The notes under the pieces were generated by a model. The model searched no databases, was not told where the DNA came from, and worked only from the letters and a program-made list of their open reading frames with translations. The translations under genes and the position numbers were made by a program. From assembly GCA_964291235.2 (NCBI GenBank), contig OZ219815.1, forward strand, positions 1,280,353 to 1,344,352: a DNA stretch of 64,000 bases, given 5' to 3'. Origin of the DNA: Vicinamibacteria bacterium (GTDB taxonomy: Bacteria > Acidobacteriota > Vicinamibacteria > Marinacidobacterales > Marinacidobacteraceae). Positions 47,811-64,000 of the stretch are shown here, piece by piece; the first letter of the stretch is position 1, and each line of letters begins with the position of its first letter.

Positions 47811-49187
47811 GTGGCAAAACGGTCGGGGGTTCGCTTCGCCTGCCTCGAGTGCGGGCAGGATTTCTCCCGCTGGATGGGCTACTGCCCTTCGTGCTCGTCG
47901 CAGACGCCGCTGGTGGAACACGAAGCGCCCCCGGAGGATTCCGCGGGAGGGCGCTGGCGCGGGTTCGCCGCGGCGGGCGGCGCCGCCGCGGCGCCCGTCG
48001 CCTGGAAAGAGGTGGATACCGCCGCGGCACCCCGCCGCCCGCTCGGCATCGCCGAACTCGACCGGGTTCTCGGCGGCGGGGTGGTACCGGGCTCGGCGGT
48101 GCTGGTCGCGGGTGAGCCCGGCGCGGGAAAGAGCACCCTGCTCCTGCAGTTGGCTGCCGCGGCGGCGGCTTCCGGCGAGCCCGTGCTCTACGTGAGCGGA
48201 GAGGAATCCGAACACCAGCTCAAGCTCCGCGGCGAGCGCCTGGGACTTCAGCCGGACTCGGTCTTCCTCTTTTCGGAGACCAGCATGCCCCGCATCCTGG
48301 ACGCGGCGCAGTCCCTGGAGCCGCGGCTCCTGGTGCTCGATTCCGTGCAGTGCGTGCACTCACCGGAAATCAGCGGGGCTCCCGGGACGGTCACCCAGGT
48401 CCGGGAGGCGGCTGCGGCACTGGTGCTGTATGCGAAGGCCACCCGGGTTCCCGTCTTCATCATCGGCCACGTCAACAAGGACGGCGCGATTGCGGGGCCG
48501 CGCACCCTCGAACACATGGTGGACACCGTGTTGCACTTCGAAGGGGACCGGAGACAGTCGCATCGGCTGCTACGGGCGGTGAAGAACCGCTTCGGCGCGG
48601 CAGGAGAGTTGGGGGTGTTCGACATGACCGGGCAGGGGCTGGTACCGATCCAGAATCCCTCGGAGCTCTTCCTTACCCGAGGCGCTCCGCAACCAGGGTC
48701 GGCGGTCGTCTGCACGCTGGAAGGAACGAGGCCGCTCCTCGCCGAAATCCAGGTGTTGCTTGCCGAGAGCCCCCTTGCCTATCCCCGGAGGGTTCCCGTC
48801 GGCTTCGATGGCGGCCGACTCGCGGTGCTCTTGGCGGTCCTCGAAACGGGTGGCGGCGGGGGATTGCTCCGCAGTGATGTCTACGTCTCGGTTACCGGTG
48901 GGCTGACCGTGAGCGAGCCCGCTGCCGATCTGGGGCTGCTCGCCGCGGTGGCTTCCCGGCGGCGCGGAGTGGCCTTGGCGCCGGGGACCGTCCTCTTGGG
49001 AGAAGTCGGACTCTCCGGCGAAGTCAGGCCGGTCCACCAGGCGGCTGTCCGCCTCCGGGAGGCGGCGCGCCTGGGATACCGTCGCGCGGTTATGAACCCG
49101 GGCGGAATCCGCTCCGCCGAGCGTCCGGCGGAGATTGAGCTCGTCGCGGTGGAGTCCCTCCACGACGCTCTGGCGGCGGTCGGTTAG
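47811..49187 (+). CDS. radA: DNA repair protein RadA/Sms
   Basis: CLECG...W.GYCPSC zinc finger, GEPGAGKST, KNRFG, GEVGLSGEVR. GTG start. Confidence 0.96.
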   Translation: MAKRSGVRFACLECGQDFSRWMGYCPSCSSQTPLVEHEAPPEDSAGGRWRGFAAAGGAAAAPVAWKEVDTAAAPRRPLGIAELDRVLGGGVVPGSAVLVAGEPGAGKSTLLLQLAAAAAASGEPVLYVSGEESEHQLKLRGERLGLQPDSVFLFSETSMPRILDAAQSLEPRLLVLDSVQCVHSPEISGAPGTVTQVREAAAALVLYAKATRVPVFIIGHVNKDGAIAGPRTLEHMVDTVLHFEGDRRQSHRLLRAVKNRFGAAGELGVFDMTGQGLVPIQNPSELFLTRGAPQPGSAVVCTLEGTRPLLAEIQVLLAESPLAYPRRVPVGFDGGRLAVLLAVLETGGGGGLLRSDVYVSVTGGLTVSEPAADLGLLAAVASRRRGVALAPGTVLLGEVGLSGEVRPVHQAAVRLREAARLGYRRAVMNPGGIRSAERPAEIELVAVESLHDALAAVG

Positions 49188-49202
49188 CCCGGGGGGCGCG
49201 TC

Positions 49203-50433
49203 GTGCGGGTTGGTGCTGTCGTCGTGGCGGCCGGTGCGGGAACCCGGTTCGGCACCGATCCGACCCCGAAGCAGTTCCAACCGGTGCTCGGCCTGCCGCT
49301 GGTTGTCCACTCCGTCCGGGCCGTCCTGGCCACGGCTCGCGTCACCCGTCTCGTGCTGGTGCTTCCGGCGGCCGGCTTCACTGCCTGGCAGGAGGAGCTC
49401 CGGCCCTTCTTCGGCGCCGAGGCGAACCGCGTTTTCTTCTGTTCCGGGGGGGCTACCCGCCAGGAATCGACCGCGCGGGGGCTTGCGGCGCTCGACGAGC
49501 GGTTTCAGGAAGCGGAAGGTGCGGTGGCGGATCTCGTCGCCGTCCACGACGGGGCGCGGCCCGCACCGCCGCCTGCGCTGATCGAGGAGATCATCGAGAC
49601 GGCGCAGCGTCACGGCGCTGCCATCCCGGGGTGCCGGCCGTCGGACACCCTCTGGCGACTGGGCGCCGGCGGCGACGCGGAGACTCTGCTGGACCGGGAG
49701 CAGACCGTCGCGGTCCAGACGCCGCAGTGTTTTCGCCGGGAACTCCTGAAGGAGTCCCCTTGCCCGGGCGGCGGGAGCCGGAGTGACCGGAACGGATGAA
49801 GCTTCGGTGGTGCGCGCCGCGGGACATCCGGTCCGGGTCGTCGAGGGGAGTCCACAAAACCTGAAAGTGACTCGCGGGGCCGATCTGGAATTCGCTCGTA
49901 TCGTGCTCGGGGGGACCCCGGGCATGCCGAGGATCGGCCTGGGGTTCGACGCGCATCGCTTCGGAACGACCGGCACGCTCCAGTTGGGCGGGATTTCGTT
50001 TCCAGGCGTCGCCGCCCTCGTGGGACATTCCGACGGAGACGCCGTCCTGCACGCCCTCACCGATGCCATTCTCGGCGCGGTTGCCGCACCCGACATCGGA
50101 GCGCTGTTCCCGTCGTCCGACGCCGCGCTTCGGGGCGCGTCGAGTGAACGGTTTGTGCAGCGAGCGCTCGGGATTGCGGCGAACGCGGGCTATACGCCGG
50201 GTCAGGTGGATATCACCATCATCGCCGAGCGTCCCCGGCTCGCCCCCCGGATCGAGGAGATGCGGCAAAGGCTCGGGGAGCTGCTCGGAATCGCTCGGGG
50301 CGCGGTGGGCCTGAAAGCTACGACCACCGACGGCATGGGCTTTACCGGGAGGGGTGAGGGGTTGGCGGCCAAGGCGCTCGTCCGTCTCGATCCGCGCGCG
50401 CGAATGTCCGAAGCGGGAACTCCTTCGGGATGA
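49203..50433 (+). CDS. ispDF: Bifunctional IspD/IspF, one apparent frameshift near 49760 (probably sequence error)
   Basis: AAGAGTRF..PKQF, VHDGARP, VQTPQ, then TDEAS..NLKVT, RIGLGFDAH, GHSDGDAVLHA..DA, KATTT.GMG. Confidence 0.88.
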
Positions 50434-51341
50434 CGCGACACGAAAAACGTCGTCCGGAGAGGGCCGCCCAGCCTCGGGATGAGAGACCTCGGAACGGGAG
50501 GTCTGGGGATCCGAAATCCGGGGAGGGGAGCGCCGAGGACCGGGGCGCCACCTGGGTGTTCGGCCCCGGCGCGGGTGGAGGAGACGCTGCAGGGCATCCC
50601 CAACCAGGTCCGCCGGGGTTCTGGTGCGAACCGGACGGCTCGAGCAGCGCCATCTGGCGCTGCTGAAGATCGCCCGGGCTCGCGGCGCTCCGTTGCAGCG
50701 GGTGCCCAACCAATACCTCGATCGGATCTCGGCGGGCGCGCGTCATCAGGGAGCGGCGTGTGAAGTGTCGCCGGTGCGCTGGCTGGCTCTTGGAGATGTG
50801 CTGTCCATGGACCCGAAACCGAGCCGGCTGCTGCTCCTTGACCGCATCGAGGATCCCCCGGAATTTCGGCGCCCTGGTTCGCGCGGCCGATGGCGCGGGA
50901 GTCGAATGCCATCCTCGTGCCCCGCCGCGGCGCGGCTCCGCCCTCTCCCGTCGCCGTGGCAGCGTCAGCCGGGGCGATCGCCCGCGCCCGCCTGGTTCGG
51001 ATTCCAGGCGCTGCGGCGGCCCTGCGGGCCCTGAAGGCGCACGGGTACTGGGCCGTCGGACTCACTCCCCGGGCAACCCTTCGCTGGACGAGTTCGACTG
51101 GACCCAGCCGACCGTCCTCACGGTGGGTTCCGAGGGACGGGGTCTTGCGGCCGGGGTCTCGAAAGAGTGCGAGGTCCTGGTTTCGCTGCCGCAACTGGGG
51201 TCCGTGCGGTCTCTCAACGTCTCGGTGGCGACGGGAATCGTGCTCTATGAAACGGTGCGCCAGCGGGGCTCGGGAAGGCCCGGCGAAGCCGGTCTCCGGG
51301 CAGGGTCCGGATGTTCCGAATGCCAGTTGACACCCAGATGA
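50430..51341 (+). CDS. rlmB: 23S rRNA Gm2251 methyltransferase (TrmH family), several apparent frameshifts
   Basis: Pieces in different frames: HQG, LDRIEDP, RNFGALVRAA, VGSEG.G, SLNVSVATG. Confidence 0.82.
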
Positions 51342-51356
51342 GCGCGGTCCTATAAT
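51327..51356 (+). promoter_or_regulatory. Sigma-70 promoter of the tRNA-tuf operon
   Basis: Exact TTGACA-N18-TATAAT ending 20 bp before tRNA-Thr. Confidence 0.85.
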
Positions 51357-51376
51357 GAGCCGTTCGCCCGGTGCAC

Positions 51377-51449
51377 GCTGGCGTAGCTCAGGAGGCAGAG
51401 CAGCTGATTTGTAATCAGCCGGTCAAGGGTTCAAGTCCCTTCGCCAGCT
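51377..51449 (+). tRNA. tRNA-Thr (TGT)
   Basis: GCTGGCG/CGCCAGC acceptor, GCTGA-TTTGTAA-TCAGC anticodon arm, GGTTCAAGTCC. Confidence 0.95.
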
Positions 51450-51587
51450 CCGGATCGGGGCCAGATCGCATCGGACCGGACCGCGCTGGGTCCGGAGGGA
51501 TTGATCTGGACGCTTGGTCCGGATCGGCCGGCTGGCCATCAAAGAGGTTGCTCTCCAGTCTCGTGAGCGGCGGAGTTTTTCTCGGGG

Positions 51588-51674
51588 GGAGTGGTAGCGA
51601 AGCGGCCAAACGCAGCAGGCTGTAAACCTGCCGGCTTTACGCCTTCGGAGGTTCGAATCCTCCCCGCTCCACCA
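51588..51674 (+). tRNA. tRNA-Tyr (GTA)
   Basis: GCAGG-CTGTAAA-CCTGC anticodon arm, long variable arm, GGTTCGAATCC, ends ACCA. Confidence 0.95.
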
Positions 51675-51831
51675 CTCTTCCGGAGTTCCTCGACCGACCC
51701 TTTTGACCACTTTGACCACCACCAACGGCTCGCTCCGGGTCGATCCGCCGCGCTCCCGCCGTGGGCACGCCGGGTACGTGTGTGTGGACGAGACGCCGCG
51801 GCGTCGCCGGTCTGTTTCCTCATTCCATAAC

Positions 51832-51906
51832 GCGGGAGTAGCTCAGTTGGCAGAGCATCAGCCTTCCAAGCTGAGGGTCGCGGGTCCGAATCCGTCTCCC
51901 GCTCCA
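51832..51906 (+). tRNA. tRNA-Gly (TCC)
   Basis: GCGGGAG/CTCCCGC acceptor, TCAGC-CTTCCAA-GCTGA. T-arm slightly off consensus, probably read error. Confidence 0.92.
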
Positions 51907-52001
51907 TGCTGGCGGCCCGCTTCGTGTTGTTCCGGGACCGGGGCCGATCCGTCGGTACTCGACGGTCCGGAGCTGCACTGTCGGCACTCGCCCTCGTCTC
52001 C

Positions 52002-52075
<74 letters not shown>

Positions 52076-52159
52076 CTCTCGCCCTCCCACTCACCGTGGG
52101 AACGATCTGATTCCCCCGGGTTTCACAGCCCATCTCGCAGCAAACAAGGAGAAGCCCTG

Positions 52160-53348
52160 ATGGCCAAGGAGAAGTTCGAACGCACCAAACCCCCACGTGA
52201 ACGTGGGGACCATCGTCATGTGGATCACGGCAAGACGACCCTGACCGCAGCAATTACGAAGGTCCTCGCGGCTGAACAGGGCGGAGATTTCAGGAGTTTC
52301 GACTCGATCGACAACGCTCCGGAGGAGCGGGAGCGGGGCATCACGATCGCCACCGCGCACGTGGAGTACGAAACCGAAGCGCGTCACTACGCGCACGTGG
52401 ACTGCCCGGGCCACGCCGACTACATCAAGAACATGATCACCGGCGCCGCCCAGATGGACGGCGCGGTACTGCTGATTTCGGCTCCGGACGGCCCCCAGGC
52501 TCAGACTCGCGAGCACATTCTGCTGGCTCGTCAGGTTGGTGTGCCCCGGATCGTCGTGTTCCTCAACAAGGTGGACATGCTGGACGACGAGGAACTGCTC
52601 GAGCTCGTGGAACTCGAAGTCCGGGAACTGCTTTCCTACTATGACTTTCCTGGCGATGACATCCCGATCATCCGGGGCAGCGCGCTCAAGGCGCTCGAGT
52701 CGGACGACTCGAACGATTGGGCGCCGATCCGGGAGCTGACGAAGGCTCTCGACGAGTACGTGCCCATGCCCGAGCGTGCGATCGAGAAGGATTACCTGAT
52801 GCCGATCGAGGACGTGTTCTCGATCTCCGGCCGCGGCACCGTCGTGACCGGCCGGATCGAGCAGGGCAAGGTCTGCGTCCAGGAGGAGGTCGAGATCGTC
52901 GGGGATCCGCGAAACCCGCAAGCGGGTGGTGACTGGCGTCGAGATGTTCAAGAAGCTTCTTGACGAGGGCGAGGCCGGGGACAACGTCGGGATCCTGCTG
53001 CGAGGAACCGACCGCCGGGATGTAGAGCGCGGAATGGTGCTTGCCAAGCCGGGTTCGATCACTCCTCATACCAAGTTCCGTTCCGAGGTTTACGTGCTGT
53101 CCAAGGAAGAGGGAGGACGCGAGAAGCCGTTCAAGAGCGGCTATCGCCCGCAGTTCTACTTCCGGACCACGGATGTGACCGGCACCGCCACCCCTCCTGG
53201 GAGACCAGGTGGTGGCCATGCCGGGCGACAACATCCAGCTCGAAGTGGAACTGATCACCCCGATCGCCATGGACCGCGGCCTCCGCTTCGCGATCCGCGA
53301 AGGTGGCAGGACGGTCGCCTCCGGATGACCACCGAAGTCCTGGAGTAG
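52160..53348 (+). CDS. tuf: Elongation factor Tu, several apparent frameshifts
   Basis: [57 protein letters not shown]. Confidence 0.96.
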
Positions 53349-53451
53349 AGCGGCAGAGACGGGAAACGTCTCTCCGCGAACGACGTGAGTCGGGTTGCGG
53401 GGAGACCATCCTCAGAACATTTCAACGGAGCACAACCCACGGGGAAACGGC

Positions 53452-53616
53452 ATGGCTCGCGAAAAGAAGCGGCAGATCGTCACGTTGGCGTGTACGGACT
53501 GAAAGCGCCGTACGTATTCGACGACGAAGAACCGGGCGACTCATCCGGGCCGGATGGAGTTGAGCAAGTACTGCCGTTTCTGCCGGACTCATGTGATGCA
53601 CAGGGAGACGCGGTGA
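53452..53616 (+). CDS. rpmG: 50S ribosomal protein L33 with an in-frame TGA at 53500-53502 in place of the second zinc Cys
   Basis: MAREKKRQIVTLACTD*KRRTYSTTKNRATHPGRMELSKYCRFCRTHVMHRETR*. Canonical position between tuf and tRNA-Trp. Not in the ORF track. Confidence 0.9.
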
Positions 53617-53768
53617 CTTTGCTCAAGCCGCCCGCCGGTTCCCCCGTGAATTCCGCTGATCGAAAGTCCGGGGCGAACGCCCGGTCGCGTGGACTCGAAC
53701 CGGCGCGATGGGCCTTCTTTGGGCTGAACACGCGGTTCGGGCGGTGCCCGGTGACGTGAGGGGTGCGA

Positions 53769-53844
53769 AGGCCAGTAGCTCAATCGGCAGAGCACGGTCT
53801 CCAAAACCGGGGGGTTGGGGGTTCGATCCCCTCCTGGCCTGCCA
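53769..53844 (+). tRNA. tRNA-Trp (CCA)
   Basis: AGGCCAG/CTGGCCT acceptor, CGGT-CTCCAAA-ACCG, GGTTCGATCCC, ends GCCA. Confidence 0.93.
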
Positions 53845-53885
53845 TCCCATGTTCCCCGGTGCGGCACGAGCGGGAGACCCCGGCT

Positions 53886-54095
53886 TTGAGCGTTCTCGAA
53901 CGATTTGGCACGGCCCGCTCTTTCCTCGGGGAAGTCCGCGGCGAACTGGACAAGGTCACCTGGCCGACCAGGGATGAGGTGCGAGGCACGACGATCATCG
54001 TGCTGATCACGGTCTTCTTTTTCGGGTTTTACCTGTATGGCCTCGACGTGGTCATGTCGTACATCTCCGCTTTCATCACGAACCTGATTGGATAG
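53886..54095 (+). CDS. secE: Preprotein translocase subunit SecE
   Basis: FLGEVRGELDKVTWPTRDEV plus one transmembrane helix. Confidence 0.93.
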   Translation: MSVLERFGTARSFLGEVRGELDKVTWPTRDEVRGTTIIVLITVFFFGFYLYGLDVVMSYISAFITNLIG

Positions 54096-54099
54096 TTCC

Positions 54100-54628
54100 A
54101 TGGCCAGAGAGTGGTTCATCGTCTCGACGCACTCCAAGTTCGAGGAGAGCGTGAAGGAGGCCCTGCGCCACCGAGCGAACGCGTATGGCTCGGCGAGCAG
54201 ATCGGAGAAATCCTGATCCCCACGGAAAAGGTCGTCGAAATGCGCGGTGGGGCGCCGCGTGGTGACGACGGAAACAGGTCTATCCGGGATACGTGCTGGT
54301 CAACATGGAAATGAACGCGGATACTGGCAGGTCGTCAAGAACACCGACAAGGTGATGGGATTCGTGCCGCCACACAAGCCGCAGCCCATGCCGGACGACG
54401 AAGTGCTCCGCATTCGGGAGCAGATGGACGATGCGACGCAGGCGCCGAAACTGAGGCACACCTTTCAGACAGGCGAATCCGTGCGCATCATTCACGGCCC
54501 CTTCAATGGCTTTCAGGGTGTTGTGGATGAGGTCCAGCCGGATCGCAACAAGGTGAAGGTCATGGTCACGATCTTCGGACGCTCTACCCCCGTGGAACTG
54601 GAGTTCCTCGAAGTGGAAAAAAATCTGA
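54100..54628 (+). CDS. nusG: Transcription termination/antitermination factor NusG, apparent frameshifts
   Basis: [59 protein letters not shown]. Confidence 0.92.
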
Positions 54629-54650
54629 GCGTCCGCCGGAGAGGTTTGCG

Positions 54651-55067
54651 ATGAAGAAAGTTCTTGCGGTTGCGAAGATCCAGTTGCCCGCGGGGAAGGC
54701 AACGCCGGCCCCGCCGGTCGGTCCCGCGCTCGGGCAGCACGGGATCAACATCATGGACTTTTGCAAGTCCTTCAACGCCAAGACGGCGAGCGACCCCGGA
54801 TGATCATTCCGTGTGTCGTCACGGTGTATCAGGACGTTCCTTCAGCTTCATCACCAAGACTCCGCCTGCCGCCGTCCTCCTCAAGCGGGCAGCGGGAATT
54901 GCGAAGGGGTCGGCGAGCCGAACCGAATGCGGGTGGGCAAAGTGTCCGTCAGTCAGGTTGAGGAAATCGCCCAGATCAAGATGCAGGATCTCAACGCGGT
55001 GGACATCGAGGGCGCGCGGCGCATCGTCGAAGGCACGGCCCGCAGCATGGGGATCGAGGTCGACTGA
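54651..55067 (+). CDS. rplK: 50S ribosomal protein L11, apparent frameshifts
   Basis: [47 protein letters not shown]. Confidence 0.94.
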
Positions 55068-55194
55068 CAGACCGTGGAAGAAGCACTCCGCATGGCCGCC
55101 AACCCGAACGACACCCATGGCGTGTCACTCCGGGTGACGCACCGCACAGGCTGCTAGAGGTTCACAAACGGCAACCAGGATCGTGACACTGATT

Positions 55195-55881
55195 ATGGGA
55201 AAGAAGTTCAAAGCGGCGAAGACGGCTATCGCGGATGCAAATCGGAGACGCTCCAAGAGGCCTTTGCCTCCCTCAAGGGCGCGAGCTTTGCGTCCTTTGG
55301 ACGAAACGGCCGAAATCGCCATGCGGCTCGGAGTGGACCCGAGCACGCCGATCAGATGGTTCGCGGTTCCGTGGTTCTTCCTCACGGGCTCGGTATCTCA
55401 CGCCGCGTGGTGGTCATCGCCGCCGGCGAAAAGGCGAAGGAAGCGAGGAAGCGGGCGCCGACGAGGGTGGGCGGAGACGACATGGTGGCCCGCATCCAGA
55501 AAGGGTTCCTCGACTTCGAAGCAGTGGTGGCGACGCGGACATGATGCGGTCGGTCGGCAAGCTCGGACGGATTCTGGGGCCGCGCGGCCTGATGCCCAAC
55601 CCGAAATCAGGGACCGTCACCTTCGACGTGGAGCGGGCGGTCAAGGAAATCAAGGCCGGCAAAGTTGACTATCGGGTGGATAAGACCTCCAACATTCACG
55701 CCCCGGTAGGGAAGCTCTCCTTTTCGGAGGAGCGGTTGGTGGAGAACACGCTGGCCTTCGTCTCCTCCGTAGTGCGGTCGAGGCCGGCGGCGGCAAGGGG
55801 CGCTACATCCGGAGTGTCGCGATCAGCTCGACCATGGGCCCGGGCCTCCGCCTCAATCCGTCGCTGGTCGGCGCCAAGTAG
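55195..55881 (+). CDS. rplA: 50S ribosomal protein L1, apparent frameshifts
   Basis: [37 protein letters not shown]. Confidence 0.93.
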
Positions 55882-55920
55882 GTCGCAAGGCAGCCGGAGA
55901 TTCGAGAAAGGGTCGAAACG

Positions 55921-56473
55921 ATGCAACGCATGGAGAAGCGGAAGCGGCCACGTCGCTCGCCGCACTACTCAAATCCCAGACAGCAGTGTTCTCCTTTGAC
56001 TACCGGGGCCTTTCCGTGGCCGACATCACGGATCTTCGCCGCGGGTCCGGGAAGCTGGCGGCAAGTACCGCGTCGTAAGAACAGTACGGCGAAGTGGGCC
56101 TTCGAGGAGGCCGGCATTGCCGGATTGGACGAACAGTTGGCGGGAATGACCGGACTCGCCCTGGTGTGAAGAAGACCCGGTGGCTCTGGCCAAGGCGCTC
56201 CACGAAGGGACGAAGGAGTTCGCCGCCTTCGAGTACAAGGGTGGCGTCGTTTCCGAGCAGAGGGTTGATCCCCAGCAGTTCGAAGCACTGGCGAAGCTTC
56301 CGGGTCAGGAGGTTCTTCGGGGCCAGCTCGTGGCGGTCATTGCGGCGCCGATCCGGAACCTCATGAACGTCCTCGAGGGCGTTCCCCGCAAGCTTGTGCT
56401 CGTGCTCAAGCGGCCGAACAAAAGGCTGCCGAAGACGGGGGAGCCGGTTAGTGGCCCCCCGGAGTTCATTTGA
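55921..56473 (+). CDS. rplJ: 50S ribosomal protein L10, apparent frameshifts; ends approximate
   Basis: DYRGLSV, VVKN-like segment, L.GMT.LA, LAKLPG.E.L. Position between rplA and rplL. Confidence 0.85.
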
Positions 56474-56558
56474 TCTGGATCGACGCTTCGTCGATGCCGA
56501 TTTCTCGTCCCAATGTATTCGCCGAATTGGATCAAGGCGTAAGGAGTAGATGCCCACC

Positions 56559-56939
56559 ATGTCGACAATCACCCAGCAGGATGTTGTCAACCACATCAAG
56601 GAGCTGACCGTGTTGGAGCTCTCCGAACTCGTCAAGACGCTTGAAGATGAGCTCGGAGTTTCCGCCGCGGCCGCTATGCCAATGGCAGTCGCGGCCGGCG
56701 GCGGCGAAGCAGCGCCAGTCGAGGAGCAGACGGAGTTCGATGCGGTCCTCACGGAGACCGGCCCCAATCGGGTTCAGGTCATCAAGGCCGTTCGGGAGTT
56801 GACGAGTCTCGGTCTCCGAGAGGCGAAGACGCTTGTGGAAGAGGCTCCGAAGGCGGTCAAGGAAGGCGTTCCGATAGAGGAAGCCAAGCAGATCCAGGAC
56901 CGCTTCAAGGAGGTCGGCGCAACGATCGAAATCAAGTAG
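56559..56939 (+). CDS. rplL: 50S ribosomal protein L7/L12
   Basis: [47 protein letters not shown]. Confidence 0.96.
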   Translation: MSTITQQDVVNHIKELTVLELSELVKTLEDELGVSAAAAMPMAVAAGGGEAAPVEEQTEFDAVLTETGPNRVQVIKAVRELTSLGLREAKTLVEEAPKAVKEGVPIEEAKQIQDRFKEVGATIEIK

Positions 56940-57128
56940 ATCGGGTGCGTCTCCATTGCCAACTCTTTTCCCCCGGTTTCGCCGCGTTTCCCGTTTCCCC
57001 GATGGCGGAGGACTGCCATCGGCCAGCGGGGCAGCGGCTGCCCGGACTATCTCCCGATCCCTCGAGGCGTCTTTCGGCTGCCTCGGGCACCGTCGGGTGT
57101 CGTGTAGTTACGCGAACAGGCCGTCCTC

Positions 57129-61343
<4,215 letters not shown>

Positions 61344-61354
61344 TCGGCCAGTAG

Positions 61355-64000
<2,646 letters not shown>

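Noticed and set aside
51880-51900. Non-canonical T-arms in tRNA-Gly and tRNA-Thr(GGT)
   Set aside because: Single-base deviations inside the error-rich zone, not credible without read support.

Overview
High-GC bacterial chromosomal window, most likely Acidobacteriota (inferred from a Cys-rich N-terminal RpoB insert and an Oar-type TonB receptor). About 1-32 kb is accessory: an ASPIC/UnbV protein, a TPR protein, a TonB receptor, S10 and M14 peptidases, an operon of twin-arginine-signal PLP enzymes and amidohydrolases, PQQ dehydrogenases, an oxidoreductase-SelD fusion and an LLM oxidoreductase. It also holds a small islet at 15.6-19.6 kb made of a collapsed toxin-antitoxin remnant, a three-module AAA+ ATPase and two arrays of 19-20 bp repeats between inverted REP-like hairpins. 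About 32-64 kb is housekeeping: nth, thiGS, selA, purH, ispE, tRNA-Gln, prs, rplY, pth, rpsF, rpsR, rplI, dnaB, radA, ispDF, rlmB, then the tufB tRNA cluster, tuf, rpmG, tRNA-Trp, secE, nusG, rplKAJL, rpoB and rpoC. From about 49.7 kb onward most essential genes carry indels, which I read as sequencing or consensus error. Best leads: (1) an in-frame UGA exactly at the second Cys of the L33 CxxC zinc motif, in a genome that has selA and selD (possible selenocysteine ribosomal protein, but in the error-rich zone); (2) the triple-AAA and repeat-array islet; (3) the putatively exported PLP-enzyme operon; (4) several families of structured intergenic repeats. All calls come from reading motifs by eye; no database searches were run.
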